Positions 31,401 to 40,800 are shown, counted from the stretch's first letter. The stretch: 64,000 nt of DNA from an uncultured cyanobacterium (GCA_963740315.1 CAVUDP010000001.1:1504001-1568000), one strand, 5' to 3'. The notes: generated by a model from the letters alone, not told the origin. Made by a program: numbers and translations.

Positions 31401-32279
31401 AGCTATATTGATTCATCATCCCAGGGACGTTGGTTGGTAGCAGAAGGTAAAAAATTAGGAATGCTCTCACCCTCGGATGCTCAAATGAGTGTAGGGGCGA
31501 TCGCCAAAGCGACAATAACCAGTGAAGCAAGTACGGGGGTAACTATTACTACACCTAAAGGCAATTCAATCGAGGTAAATAAGTTAAAATCAGGAGCTTT
31601 CGCTGATGTGGATTGGAACAAACAGAGTTATCAAGCTACTGTTACTATTTCCGTTAAACCTAGTAAAAATTCTCAGAAACCAGATATCGGAATTGCAATG
31701 ATTAAAGATAGGAAGTTGGGAGAATTAAAACCCGAATCATTCGAGAAACTTGCAGCAGTATTGAATGCTCATAATATTCCGGTACAGGGTTACACCATCA
31801 AAGCTAATATTACTGCTTCTCCACCTTCAGCAGCAAAAGTGGTAATTGATGCGAGTACGGTAAAGTATCCAGAATCGTGGAATCAAACTCAACAAAGTGA
31901 ATCTTCCCAAGATAGATTTCTCTTAGCGCAGCAAATTCAAGCTAATCGTACATTAGAAGTTGCACCGATTATTCATGCTTTTCTTTCTACTCAGGGTAAA
32001 ACGACGGTAGAGGGGAAGTTGAATACAGTAAGCTGGAATCCACAAACCCAGGAAATTACTTTATGGACTAATGGTTCATCTAATCCGAAAATGCGAGTTA
32101 AGTATTCCGATGGGGAGTATCAAGCGCTGTCAATTGGTAATACTCTTGAAGAAATTGAAGCTAATGGCTTAAGTGAAGCAGACGTTCAACACTTTCAGCA
32201 GATAGCACCTTCTATTTACGCGAGAATTGCTGGAAATCAATCGGTAAAAATAGATAATAATGTGGAAAATGGTTACTAA
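28500..32279 (+). CDS. Single-subunit two-barrel RNA polymerase, eukaryotic RdRP/YonO-like
   Basis: Collinear motifs GDGDGRI, PSTQFQVR, IKGT, YHRPP, NSDCDGD (29847-29861), DNIGIVAN. Confidence 0.75.
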   Translation: MSIALEYFCTKTGKPIEVDGKPLIETLENTAAEYLYGNDVKWSIGIVYPGISTEDDLTKHQDKYLQFSKKDRLYFSDKPGLRLQIFDEPHFGSAYGSLLFGECEYFSEVKDIKVLIVDDETGECDGVLPEEQALLLVGDGDGRIDHKLHEQLGNIPSTQFQVRGIIKSQEGINANQTIKGTLAPINLSNIGSGYDLVLSQSQLGKGRKNKLYNEKTGIRINRQTEVEPGEYTLTIGIGNRENARTVEASTGAQYWVGLPEGAENDALPRVQQRLAQLDRIAKDPRKVALDYIQTVERRLESDLKRETGTKLIHDFDLDDFGNVIDEAFGDKDTELMYQLLKADLEGHLQIIETPKVINFLSEHLQEQYRDCATGRVIKFQSSMLMTCNRLKDWEVCDRTKPDGAKVLYHRPPVGNTNVMAVLTNRLLEGEEVNPGSIKLNRRTATALNSDCDGDKPLTALAEDFPSTAQEIQFKTQPENRYPESVLPQKAAYCGSFEKIALEAAHDNIGIVANLAMKAIAIESECSQIPANEQRTFLANLSANLARCDFDNLPQEAEHLRELLNDFSEYSRRLNVENQSSNNSFQDYLIPLQEPELNNTITPEQVSEELAKVRQLFHNLSGVIDQQLKIEGQSGKSALRSDPEVIKLCTELCAYPQVYALEDRNEKWAYLDKPIRSNLHTALDLLVQETNQHFEINALTPRPLSQFRDLFKDIDFNSSQLEIAATYKQQYEGLIRAAHDIKQQVEINRHQPNLRMVAKSKKGNQIEIRLNQKDTKHLQAYSLDKMQISLLKDNNNYKAFAVVPGETTINKRRQVVPAKKQLGLLTEASVIENKDTFQTLHHQNKNNWIELGKLDININPALNTSHEKAAFKLAYEYASKTRENIPDKERLTIAAAMWNLSTKRVKEEYDINKRAGAVFAIFGEEIKEQLHQLQFTEFTVVGTHRDTSEHKGKVWKGEKVPIQIELAPSYIDSSSQGRWLVAEGKKLGMLSPSDAQMSVGAIAKATITSEASTGVTITTPKGNSIEVNKLKSGAFADVDWNKQSYQATVTISVKPSKNSQKPDIGIAMIKDRKLGELKPESFEKLAAVLNAHNIPVQGYTIKANITASPPSAAKVVIDASTVKYPESWNQTQQSESSQDRFLLAQQIQANRTLEVAPIIHAFLSTQGKTTVEGKLNTVSWNPQTQEITLWTNGSSNPKMRVKYSDGEYQALSIGNTLEEIEANGLSEADVQHFQQIAPSIYARIAGNQSVKIDNNVENGY

Positions 32280-32329
32280 TATTTTCGCTTAAATTAAATT
32301 CAATATAAAAAAAGGAGAATATGTAAAAA

Positions 32330-32575
32330 ATGACTCAAAAGAAAGAATACATTTCGATTCGTAATCCCTATCAAGACAAGACATCTGGAGAATTATTATC
32401 TGAAGGTAAGCTTGATGTTGACCAACTATATTATCCGACTAGTGATGATTTAAAAAAAATGGAAGAACGAGATAAAGAAAACGAAGAAACTGAGAAACTT
32501 GTTAATTCTGAAGAATTTAATCAAATCATTGAGGAAAATAGAAATAATCAGGATTCTGAAGACATAGAATTTTGA
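32330..32575 (+). CDS. Small acidic hypothetical protein
   Basis: 81-aa ORF with upstream AGGAG, last gene of the operon. Confidence 0.55.
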   Translation: MTQKKEYISIRNPYQDKTSGELLSEGKLDVDQLYYPTSDDLKKMEERDKENEETEKLVNSEEFNQIIEENRNNQDSEDIEF

Positions 32576-32592
32576 TTTGTTTATATTTTAAG

Positions 32593-32623
32593 AGACGCTT
32601 ATGGAAAGTTACCACAAGCGTCT
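32593..32623. terminator. Hairpin between convergent genes
   Basis: AGACGCTT...AAGCGTCT. Confidence 0.5.
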
Positions 32624-32632
32624 TCTGATAAA

Positions 32633-33001
32633 TTAGTATTCGCTTGCAAGCATTATCGTCATTACTCGAAACGTTTTGTCAACATTGCAAGGTTCTTCTG
32701 AACCAATACCTTGTTGATATTTTTGTCGGTCAAAGTAATCTATTTTAAAGAAGAACTTTTCATCAAATAACTCTATTTTACCCATATCATGTTCTTTCCA
32801 AGGGTCGTTATTTTCATTAAAATCGTTAAATTGCTTTACCGCTTGAAGTAATCTTTGTAGCTGGTTTGTATTTAAACAACCTACGACCTGCGTAATGATT
32901 ACTTTTCCTAGCTTGGCATCAAATGTTTGACGAAATTTATCGTTGAGAGCGCAGATTTGAGCAGTTGAGTTTTTCTCGGTTTGATTTGTCATTTTGCTCA
33001 C
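32633..33001 (-). CDS. DUF3768 domain protein
   Basis: LNDKFR..F..FNE.NDPW.EHD.G..FFKIDYFD..RVMTIMLASEY. Confidence 0.85.
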   Translation of the reverse strand: MSKMTNQTEKNSTAQICALNDKFRQTFDAKLGKVIITQVVGCLNTNQLQRLLQAVKQFNDFNENNDPWKEHDMGKIELFDEKFFFKIDYFDRQKYQQGIGSEEPCNVDKTFRVMTIMLASEY

Positions 33002-33215
33002 CGTTATTTTTCAACCCGGCTTGCTTTTTATTTATAAGTTTTGTTAATGGATAATAGTTAAACAAATCTGTAACGGCTTCGCAGAAAACATCAACTGGTA
33101 AAGTAAAGTTTATTTTGTCAACAGATTCTAATTGTTCAATTTCAGTTTTTAGTTCATCTACAGGTGAGTTAAGTTGCAACTTACCTCGAATCATCTTTAA
33201 ATCCTCGTGCTGCAA
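32937..33215 (-). CDS. Small hypothetical protein, possibly decayed paralog of 44153-44416
   Basis: Shared DVFCE.VT.LFNY.PLTK motif. Confidence 0.4.
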   Translation of the reverse strand: MQHEDLKMIRGKLQLNSPVDELKTEIEQLESVDKINFTLPVDVFCEAVTDLFNYYPLTKLINKKQAGLKNNGEQNDKSNREKLNCSNLRSQR

Positions 33216-33680
33216 TGGCTCAGATAAATGTTTTTAGCGTTAACTTGGTTGAGTTTAATCTCGGACTGATGCTTAGAAGAAAAGTTTTTTGCAGATAGAC
33301 TTAGTACTTATTTACCTACGGGAAAGAACTTTTATTACAAAATTGACTCAAAACTGCATAAGTTACTTTTGTTTGCACCTATATATTTTAATTTAGCGTT
33401 TATAAGTAAAGAATTATGCAATCTATCTAAAGAGATATTTTTTAGAGAAAAGCTTTACTTGTAGTAGATTTATTGACAAAACTATGTGATGCTCAGCTTG
33501 GTCACGTAATATACACAAAGACAAAACATAATTACTAAAACTCTGTTATTTAATTGATTTGAAGGTTATAGTTTTTGGTTTTAGAGTCACAAAGCTGACA
33601 GATAAGCACTTATGAGTCTTACTGCATATGTATAAATCATTTACATCTATTACTTATCAAGATGTTGTAAGCGGCTTGCG

Positions 33681-35180
33681 TTGCTGCCATTATCTATTTT
33701 AACGATTAGGAGAAAGGAAATGCCGAAAACACGGATGAGAGATATTGTAGTTATTATTCCTGGAATCACAGGTAGTGTTCTCCAGAAGGATGGCAAAGAT
33801 ATCTGGGGACTTTCAAGACAGTCATTATGGCAAGCATTAAGTTCTTTTGGAGATTCGTTTAAACAACTCAAACTCAATGGCGACGACAATCCAGAAGCGG
33901 ATGATTTGGGAGATGGTATTACAGCTAAATGCTTATTTCCAGGCGCTCATTTGATACCAGGACTTGTTAAAATTGACGGCTACTCTGCAATTAAACACTC
34001 AATTTTTGATTATTTTGAAGTAACTGTTGGTACAAATTTTTTTGAATTTCCTTACGATTGGCGACGTGATAATCGAGCCAATGCTCGTATATTAAAAAAA
34101 TTTTTAGATGAAAGATTAAACAAGTGGCGGAAATCTCCTAATGGTGCTGAGGATGGAAAGGTAATTATATTGGCACACAGTATGGGTGGCTTGCTTGCTC
34201 GCTATTACCTGGAAGTATTGGAAGGATGGCAAGAATGTAGAGCTTTGATTACTTTAGGTACTCCGCACCGTGGATCTGTGAATGCATTTAATTTTCTTGC
34301 AAATGGCTTTAAAAAACCATTTTTTGATGATATCACTGAGGTGATGCGATCGCTGCCTTCGGTGTATCAACTGATGCCTATTTACCCAATGCTCAAGATT
34401 GGTGAGGAGAAACCTAAGCGAATTGCCCAAGCCGGTATTGACCTTCCTAATATTGACAAAGCAAAAGCCGAAGATGCTTTAAAATTTCATGATGAAATTC
34501 GGGATGCTGTAAACAAGCACCGTCAAGATGTAAATTATCTAAATAATAAGTATACACTGATTCCTGTGGTAGGTACGAAGCAGGATACGCTTCAGTCAGC
34601 AATTTTAACTGAAGATGGTCAGATTGATGCCAGTTTAGAACTACCATTCGGCTCCGATCCAGTTTTATATAATGGCGGCGATGGAACAGTTCCTTACATA
34701 TCTGCCATTCCCATTGAACTTACTTCGGAGTATCGACAAACCTACATTGCTGAACGGCATAGTTCTATTCAAAATCATGGGCAACTGTTGGATCAACTTT
34801 GCAATCTAATTGGGGCAATGCAAGTTAGGGGAACACAAAATTTTGAAAATCCGGGGATAGGTGATGTTTCACAAAAGCGAGCAGCAATCAGTTTAGATAT
34901 TGATGACGTGTATCTTCCTGGTGAAGTTATTGAATTTCGTGCCACCATCCGAGATGCAAGTGAAGATTTTGGAAAACTCAAAGCACGGATTACATCTGTT
35001 TGGGATGAAGACTTTTCACTACGCGCCGATTTTCAAAAACAAGATGGTCAATGGGTTTTACATCTCGATCCAAATGATTTTCCGACTGTAGGATTACACC
35101 GAGTGGAGGTCAAAGTTCATAAAGGTAATCTAAATGGTGTTCCTACGGCTGTTCATGATTTGTTTGAAGTGATTAAGTAA
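33681..35180 (+). CDS. LCAT/PGAP1-like alpha/beta-hydrolase (lipase/acyltransferase); probable start ATG 33720
   Basis: IPGITGS, FPYDWR, AHSMGG, GTPHRGS, GDGTVP and H(SSI) triad motifs. Confidence 0.85.
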   Translation: MLPLSILTIRRKEMPKTRMRDIVVIIPGITGSVLQKDGKDIWGLSRQSLWQALSSFGDSFKQLKLNGDDNPEADDLGDGITAKCLFPGAHLIPGLVKIDGYSAIKHSIFDYFEVTVGTNFFEFPYDWRRDNRANARILKKFLDERLNKWRKSPNGAEDGKVIILAHSMGGLLARYYLEVLEGWQECRALITLGTPHRGSVNAFNFLANGFKKPFFDDITEVMRSLPSVYQLMPIYPMLKIGEEKPKRIAQAGIDLPNIDKAKAEDALKFHDEIRDAVNKHRQDVNYLNNKYTLIPVVGTKQDTLQSAILTEDGQIDASLELPFGSDPVLYNGGDGTVPYISAIPIELTSEYRQTYIAERHSSIQNHGQLLDQLCNLIGAMQVRGTQNFENPGIGDVSQKRAAISLDIDDVYLPGEVIEFRATIRDASEDFGKLKARITSVWDEDFSLRADFQKQDGQWVLHLDPNDFPTVGLHRVEVKVHKGNLNGVPTAVHDLFEVIK

Positions 35181-35211
35181 GTTTAATTTTAGTAGTAACT
35201 CTAGGAATTGA

Positions 35212-38200
35212 ATGATGACACAGATTAAAGAATGGATTTGGACGAAAGCAGAAAAGGAGGGTTTAGCTAAGTTTGCTACAGACTCAGCGCTTCAGCTATT
35301 TAAGCTGGATGAAAGCAGTTTTGATTTGAAACAAGAAGAGCAATTTGAATCCTTAATAGAAGCTATATACAACACCTTGGTCGAGCAGAAAATTAAATAT
35401 GACCGCGACAAATACACTACATCGGAAACAGCACAGCGTATTCGTACACCTGTTGAAATTCTCTCCCAAACACAAACACGCCAGGGAACCTGCTTGGATC
35501 TTGCACTCCTGTTTTGCGGTTTATGTCTGGGCTGCAATTTGTTGCCGAAGCTTATTTTGTTAGAAGGTCATGCCTTGGTTGCTGTATCACTCACCTTGAA
35601 ACGTGCTGATTGGAGCAGCAATAGAGATAATCAGAAAAAGTTTTTGGGTAAGCGCGTGGAAGATGCCAAAGGGACTGAGCGAATTCAGCCTGAAGTTTTC
35701 ACAAATGTAAAGACTGTGGAAGAGATGATTTTTTATGATGAGAATACTTGTATTGTTGAATGTACTGGCTTTGCTTATAGCAAAACTATGCAGCCTGACT
35801 CTATAGAGCTTGCAGGAATCGAACGAAATACTGATGGATTTTTAACATTTGAACAGGCAAAAAAAGTTGGTCGTAAGCAATTAAAGAAACTGCCTTTCAT
35901 GTACGCAATTGATATTGCTGTTGCACATGAATCTTGGGGAATTAAGCCTTTAGAGATTCCAAACTTATCAGATGTATTAAAACAAGATTTGGAAATTATT
36001 GCCGATATAAATATTAATAAATCTGAAGAAGACGATATAGCCGGAAACGAAATTGATAGCATACCTTCGAGTGGAAAAGTAGCTGCTAATGTAAAAGTTG
36101 GTGATGCTAGTAAATCAAAAATTCGAGGAAATGTGATAGGAGAAAAAAAAACTCAATATGAAAATGCTCAAATAAACACTAATGTATCTACATCTCCTGA
36201 ACTCAAATTTGCTGCCATCCCTTTTAAGGAAGATATTGAAAGACTGACTGAACATTTCACAGGACGTGAATGGTTGTTTAAAGACATTGAGAATTGGCTT
36301 GCAAACCCAGATGAGCAATTTTTCATTTTAACTGGAGAACCAGGAGTGGGCAAAAGTGCGATCGCAACTCAATTTATTAAAAATCGGAAAGACAAAAACG
36401 ACATTGCAGCTTATCACTTCTGTATTGCTGGTAGGGGTGGTACAACTGAACCTAATAACGTACTGCAATCTCTAGCCGCTCAACTTATTGAATATTTTCC
36501 AGATGATTATGCTAAGGCGTTAGTTAATACAATTAAACCATTCCATCTATCAGTAAGTGTCAACATTACTATTGAAACTATTAAGAATAGTGAAGTCCAG
36601 GGTGTGGTGATTAAAAATTTATACGCTAGTTATCCTTTAGAAGTTTTAGATATTGTGCTGCGTAAACCCTTACAAGCTATAGATTTGTCTCAAACTCAAA
36701 AACAAACTATCGTAATTTTGATTGATTCTCTTGATGAAGCTGTAACATATAAGGGGGAATATAACCTTGTCACTCTTTTATCTGAGTTAAAAGACCTACC
36801 ACCTTGGGTACGGTTTATATGTACGACTCGCCAAGAGCGACGGGTACTGAGTTATTTGGAAACTCTCAAGCCTTATATTTATCATCTGGAAGAATTGTCA
36901 CAAGACAACTTAGATGACATTTGCCAGTACATTGGCAGAAGACTTAATAGTGAGAACATACATGAGAAACTAGACAAATTTAAGGTGGAGAGCCAAACTC
37001 TAGTAAACAGCTTAGCCAGTAAGTCATCTGGTAATTTTCTTTACACACAATTAGTGCTGAATGAAATTAAGTCGGGCTATCTACCTCTTGATCAATTGGA
37101 TACATTACCAAGTGGTTTATACGGTATTTATCATGAAATGTTGCGTCGGCGCTGTACTGATGATGAATGGGAGAATAAATATCAGCCTATTTTAGGAACC
37201 TTAGCAGTTACTCAAGCACCAGTTAGCGAAACGCAGTTGGCAAATTTTACAAAAAATCGTCAACTTACTAGAACTAAAATTAAACAAAATTTAAGAGTAT
37301 TAATTCAGTTTACTGATATATTTCAAGATAAGTCTTCAAAAGACAAAACTTATACTTTATTTCACCAATCTTTTCGAGATTATCTACTAGATGAAAACAA
37401 AAATGAAGATTTCTACTGTGATGCAATAGAGCAGCACCAAGAAATCATTGATTTCTACAAAAAAGAAACTAATGATTGGAATTCCATGAACCAGCAAATA
37501 CTAGATAATTATGGCTTCTTGTACTTACCGAAACATTTACATTCAGCGGAACAAAAAGAAGAACTTTACACCCTGCTAACTGGCTCACCGAAATGGATGG
37601 AGGCAAAATCTAAAACCTTTGGGAATGCAGCTTATGTTGATGACCTAAACTTAGCAATTGATGACTTTGCTGATCCATTGGAAGAGCCAAACCAAATAGT
37701 AACACTCGTCAAGCTTTTCACAGCGCGACAGGTTGTTAACCAACGAGTGGGTATACCTAATTTAAGAACCTTGGTTCACTTAGGACGTGAAGTAGAAGCT
37801 CGAAGCTATGCTCGTCTCAGTGAAGATTCTGAAAGCAAGTTGAATTCTTTACTGATAATTCATTATGCACTGCAAGAATTAAGTCAGTTCGCTCCTGATA
37901 TTTTAGACGAGGCAGAAGATATTGTAGAGGGAGTTTGGAAGGACAATTTAAGTAAGGCTACAGTTCTAATTCAATTGGCAGTAGCCTTGATTGAAGCAAA
38001 GCGTGGTGATAAAGCAAAAGCTCTCCTGCACAAAGTCCCAGAAGTTGTAGAAGAAATTCAAGGGGAACATAACAAAGCAAAAACTCTGATTCAATTGGCA
38101 AATGCCCTAGCTTATGCTAAAGACTTTAGGGAGGCAGAAAAAGTTGCGGCAGCAGCAGAAAAATCAGCAAGGGCAATCGGGAGCTATCGTGCAAGAGCAG

Positions 38201-39984
38201 AGGCACTTATAGAAGTGGCTGAAGTTTTGGGAGAGATTGGATGTAGAACAAAAGCAGAACACCTATTCAATGAAGCCCAAAACGTCGCTCTCCAAGATGA
38301 GGACCGCTGGAGACAGGCACATGCATTGACTGAATTAGCAATTGCTTTGGCTCAGTTTGGGTCAAATGATGCAGATTTGGTCTTTAAAAAAGCGGAGGAA
38401 GTTGCAAATGCAATTCCGATATACTGGCAACGAGTAGATAGAATGATTGAATTAGTAGCTGCCCTAGTTAAAGCTAAACGTCAAAACAAAGCGATAGACT
38501 TGTTAGAAAAAGTAATTCTTTATATTGAAAGCATTGATGAGAATGATGAATACATAGACGATTTCACAGGTATTGCTCAAGGAAAATTAGCAGTAGCCAT
38601 AGCTCATGTGGGCGAATTCAACCAAGCGGAAAGGGTTGCAAATGTAATTGAAGATAAAGTCAAGAAGGTTGAGGTGTTAACTGAAATAGCAGCCCTTGCT
38701 CACGCAAAAAATGACGACAAAGCTAGAGACTTCTTTATTAAAGCAGAGGAAATGGCAGATGAATTAAAAGATGGCTGGATAAAATCCACAGCTTTAGGTA
38801 AGCTTGCAGAGGCTTTAGAAGAAGCAAATAACTTCAATAAAGCAGAGAAAATTGCAACCAAGGTACACAAAATCGAACGGACACTTAAGGAAGGTGGGAC
38901 AAAGCCTGAGATACTCAGTAAATTGGCAACAGTTTTAGCTGGAGCAGAGTATGACGACAATAAAGTTGATGCGGTATTTAGGGAAGCTCAAAAAGCTGCT
39001 TCCAACCTCAAAGATAACCTAGATAGGACAAAGGCACTAAGTAAATTAGCTGTAGCCCTAATTCAAAGTGGTAGGAATGCAAAGTTAATATTGACAGAGG
39101 TTGATAAAAATATACACGAAATTTTAGATACTGAAAAAAAATCCTTAGTTTTCGATAAAGAAGAACTAAAAAAATCACAACTACTAATTGAATTAACACT
39201 CAATCTAGCCCAGGCTAAGAATTTTTGCGAAGCAGAGAAAATCGCTAATGTCATTCAAGAGGAAATACCTAGGGCAGAGGCACAGAGCAAATTGGCAGTA
39301 GAGCTAGCTCAAGCTCAGAGGTTTTCTGAAGCAAAGAAAATTATACAAACAATTGAGTATGAACCAGCGAAGATTATGCCATTGATTAAATTAGCAGTAG
39401 CTCTAGCTCATACTGAAAAAAAAGAAGCAGACGCGATTTTTAGCGAAGCTGAGAAAATAGCACTTTCTATTGAGGACGACAACAATATTATCAAACCGTT
39501 GATACTCATTGAATTAGTGGCAAGCTTAGCTCAAGCTAAAAAATTTGATCAAGCAACAAAAATTACAAACTTAATTAACGAGCAATGGGCAAAGACTATA
39601 GCACTAAGTAAAATGGCAACAGCTTATGCTTTACTTGAAAGTTTCCCAGAAGCAGAGAATGTCGTAACAGAAGCAGAGAAAATTGCAAGAGGAATTGAGA
39701 ATAATATTTATTACTCATTCACAATGAAAGCGCTGGCAAAAACATTAGCTCAGATTAAACTTTTTAAAAAAGCTTTTAGTATTGTTGGCTTCAAAGAAAC
39801 ATCCAATGAATTCTTAGCTAATCTGATGGAATGGCAGCCTGCCTTTGAACAGTTTCAATCAGGTCTTTTAGCAAAGATTATGCAAGAATCAATATACATT
39901 TTTGGATGGGAATATCAAAATTGGTATGAAATTCATGCTACTTTATCCAATACTCAAATACAACTGGAGAATTCAAATAAATAA
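35212..39984 (+). CDS. NLR-like STAND protein: transglutaminase/papain-like domain + NACHT + TPR repeats
   Basis: QRIRTP..GTCLD..GHA..VECTG; Walker A GEPGVGKS; Walker B LIDSLDE; GNFLY; FHQSFRDYL; long helical repeats. Confidence 0.8.
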   Translation: MMTQIKEWIWTKAEKEGLAKFATDSALQLFKLDESSFDLKQEEQFESLIEAIYNTLVEQKIKYDRDKYTTSETAQRIRTPVEILSQTQTRQGTCLDLALLFCGLCLGCNLLPKLILLEGHALVAVSLTLKRADWSSNRDNQKKFLGKRVEDAKGTERIQPEVFTNVKTVEEMIFYDENTCIVECTGFAYSKTMQPDSIELAGIERNTDGFLTFEQAKKVGRKQLKKLPFMYAIDIAVAHESWGIKPLEIPNLSDVLKQDLEIIADININKSEEDDIAGNEIDSIPSSGKVAANVKVGDASKSKIRGNVIGEKKTQYENAQINTNVSTSPELKFAAIPFKEDIERLTEHFTGREWLFKDIENWLANPDEQFFILTGEPGVGKSAIATQFIKNRKDKNDIAAYHFCIAGRGGTTEPNNVLQSLAAQLIEYFPDDYAKALVNTIKPFHLSVSVNITIETIKNSEVQGVVIKNLYASYPLEVLDIVLRKPLQAIDLSQTQKQTIVILIDSLDEAVTYKGEYNLVTLLSELKDLPPWVRFICTTRQERRVLSYLETLKPYIYHLEELSQDNLDDICQYIGRRLNSENIHEKLDKFKVESQTLVNSLASKSSGNFLYTQLVLNEIKSGYLPLDQLDTLPSGLYGIYHEMLRRRCTDDEWENKYQPILGTLAVTQAPVSETQLANFTKNRQLTRTKIKQNLRVLIQFTDIFQDKSSKDKTYTLFHQSFRDYLLDENKNEDFYCDAIEQHQEIIDFYKKETNDWNSMNQQILDNYGFLYLPKHLHSAEQKEELYTLLTGSPKWMEAKSKTFGNAAYVDDLNLAIDDFADPLEEPNQIVTLVKLFTARQVVNQRVGIPNLRTLVHLGREVEARSYARLSEDSESKLNSLLIIHYALQELSQFAPDILDEAEDIVEGVWKDNLSKATVLIQLAVALIEAKRGDKAKALLHKVPEVVEEIQGEHNKAKTLIQLANALAYAKDFREAEKVAAAAEKSARAIGSYRARAEALIEVAEVLGEIGCRTKAEHLFNEAQNVALQDEDRWRQAHALTELAIALAQFGSNDADLVFKKAEEVANAIPIYWQRVDRMIELVAALVKAKRQNKAIDLLEKVILYIESIDENDEYIDDFTGIAQGKLAVAIAHVGEFNQAERVANVIEDKVKKVEVLTEIAALAHAKNDDKARDFFIKAEEMADELKDGWIKSTALGKLAEALEEANNFNKAEKIATKVHKIERTLKEGGTKPEILSKLATVLAGAEYDDNKVDAVFREAQKAASNLKDNLDRTKALSKLAVALIQSGRNAKLILTEVDKNIHEILDTEKKSLVFDKEELKKSQLLIELTLNLAQAKNFCEAEKIANVIQEEIPRAEAQSKLAVELAQAQRFSEAKKIIQTIEYEPAKIMPLIKLAVALAHTEKKEADAIFSEAEKIALSIEDDNNIIKPLILIELVASLAQAKKFDQATKITNLINEQWAKTIALSKMATAYALLESFPEAENVVTEAEKIARGIENNIYYSFTMKALAKTLAQIKLFKKAFSIVGFKETSNEFLANLMEWQPAFEQFQSGLLAKIMQESIYIFGWEYQNWYEIHATLSNTQIQLENSNK

Positions 39985-39989
39985 AACTT

Positions 39990-40739
39990 GTGCAATTTGC
40001 ACGTAAAACGGTTTGTAAATTCATGCTACATCATTATACAACTATTTCAAAGCATAAAAACGGAGGTACTTGGAATATGAAATTCAATAATAATTCGACC
40101 GATAAGCAGTCTCGTTCTCGTTGGATTGGTTGGCTGTCACCGATGATAGCTGCCTCAATTTTAGGTTTAAGTAGTGGTAGTTTTGGCTATTTTATTGCTG
40201 GAAATAAAACCTTTTTTCAGGATTCAAAAGCAGATGCAATCAGAATACCAACTGGTTTCGATGATGCTGCCAAGTGGGGAGCAAAATCGATACGTTCCCT
40301 GGTACGAAAAAAACTCCCACAAGAAACTGTTGAAGCTGCTCTGAAGCAAGTCGATCAGTTATCCAAATCACCCCCGCAGCCTTTCAGAATACCTAAAAAG
40401 TTTCAAGCTTTTCCTATTATAGAAGATATAATAGCCTACAGAGTGCCTGGGGTTCAAGCTTCAGAGAATCTTCTTACTAAAGGACAGCCATTAAAACTAG
40501 ACAAAAATAAACCATTAAATGTTACTCACATTGTAAGAACAAAGGACAACCGTTATTGGTTGGAGCTTTATTCCTCTACTTCCAATACATCGGTATATAT
40601 TGAAGCTGATAAAGTTTTATGCGACATTCCTACTACTTATTGTTTAGGAACAATCCAAGAGTTGATAGACAACCCAGGTTTGATTAATGTTTATGCAAGC
40701 AAGCTTGAGAATCAAATTCCTTTGGGGATAGGATGGTAA
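39990..40739 (+). CDS. Membrane-anchored hypothetical protein (probable start ~40077)
   Basis: GGAGG before ATG, TM helix, C-terminal SH3-like beta region. Confidence 0.5.
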   Translation: MQFARKTVCKFMLHHYTTISKHKNGGTWNMKFNNNSTDKQSRSRWIGWLSPMIAASILGLSSGSFGYFIAGNKTFFQDSKADAIRIPTGFDDAAKWGAKSIRSLVRKKLPQETVEAALKQVDQLSKSPPQPFRIPKKFQAFPIIEDIIAYRVPGVQASENLLTKGQPLKLDKNKPLNVTHIVRTKDNRYWLELYSSTSNTSVYIEADKVLCDIPTTYCLGTIQELIDNPGLINVYASKLENQIPLGIGW

Positions 40740-40800
40740 AATAAAGTTGTTTTGTGCAACAAAATTTATTTGTTAATACATAAGGCACGTACTTTCAAGT

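Noticed and set aside
28500..32279. Prophage RNA polymerase or cellular rpoC fragment
   Set aside because: No phage structural genes; lacks the NADFDGD context and other beta-prime regions; motif order fits the RdRP-like group
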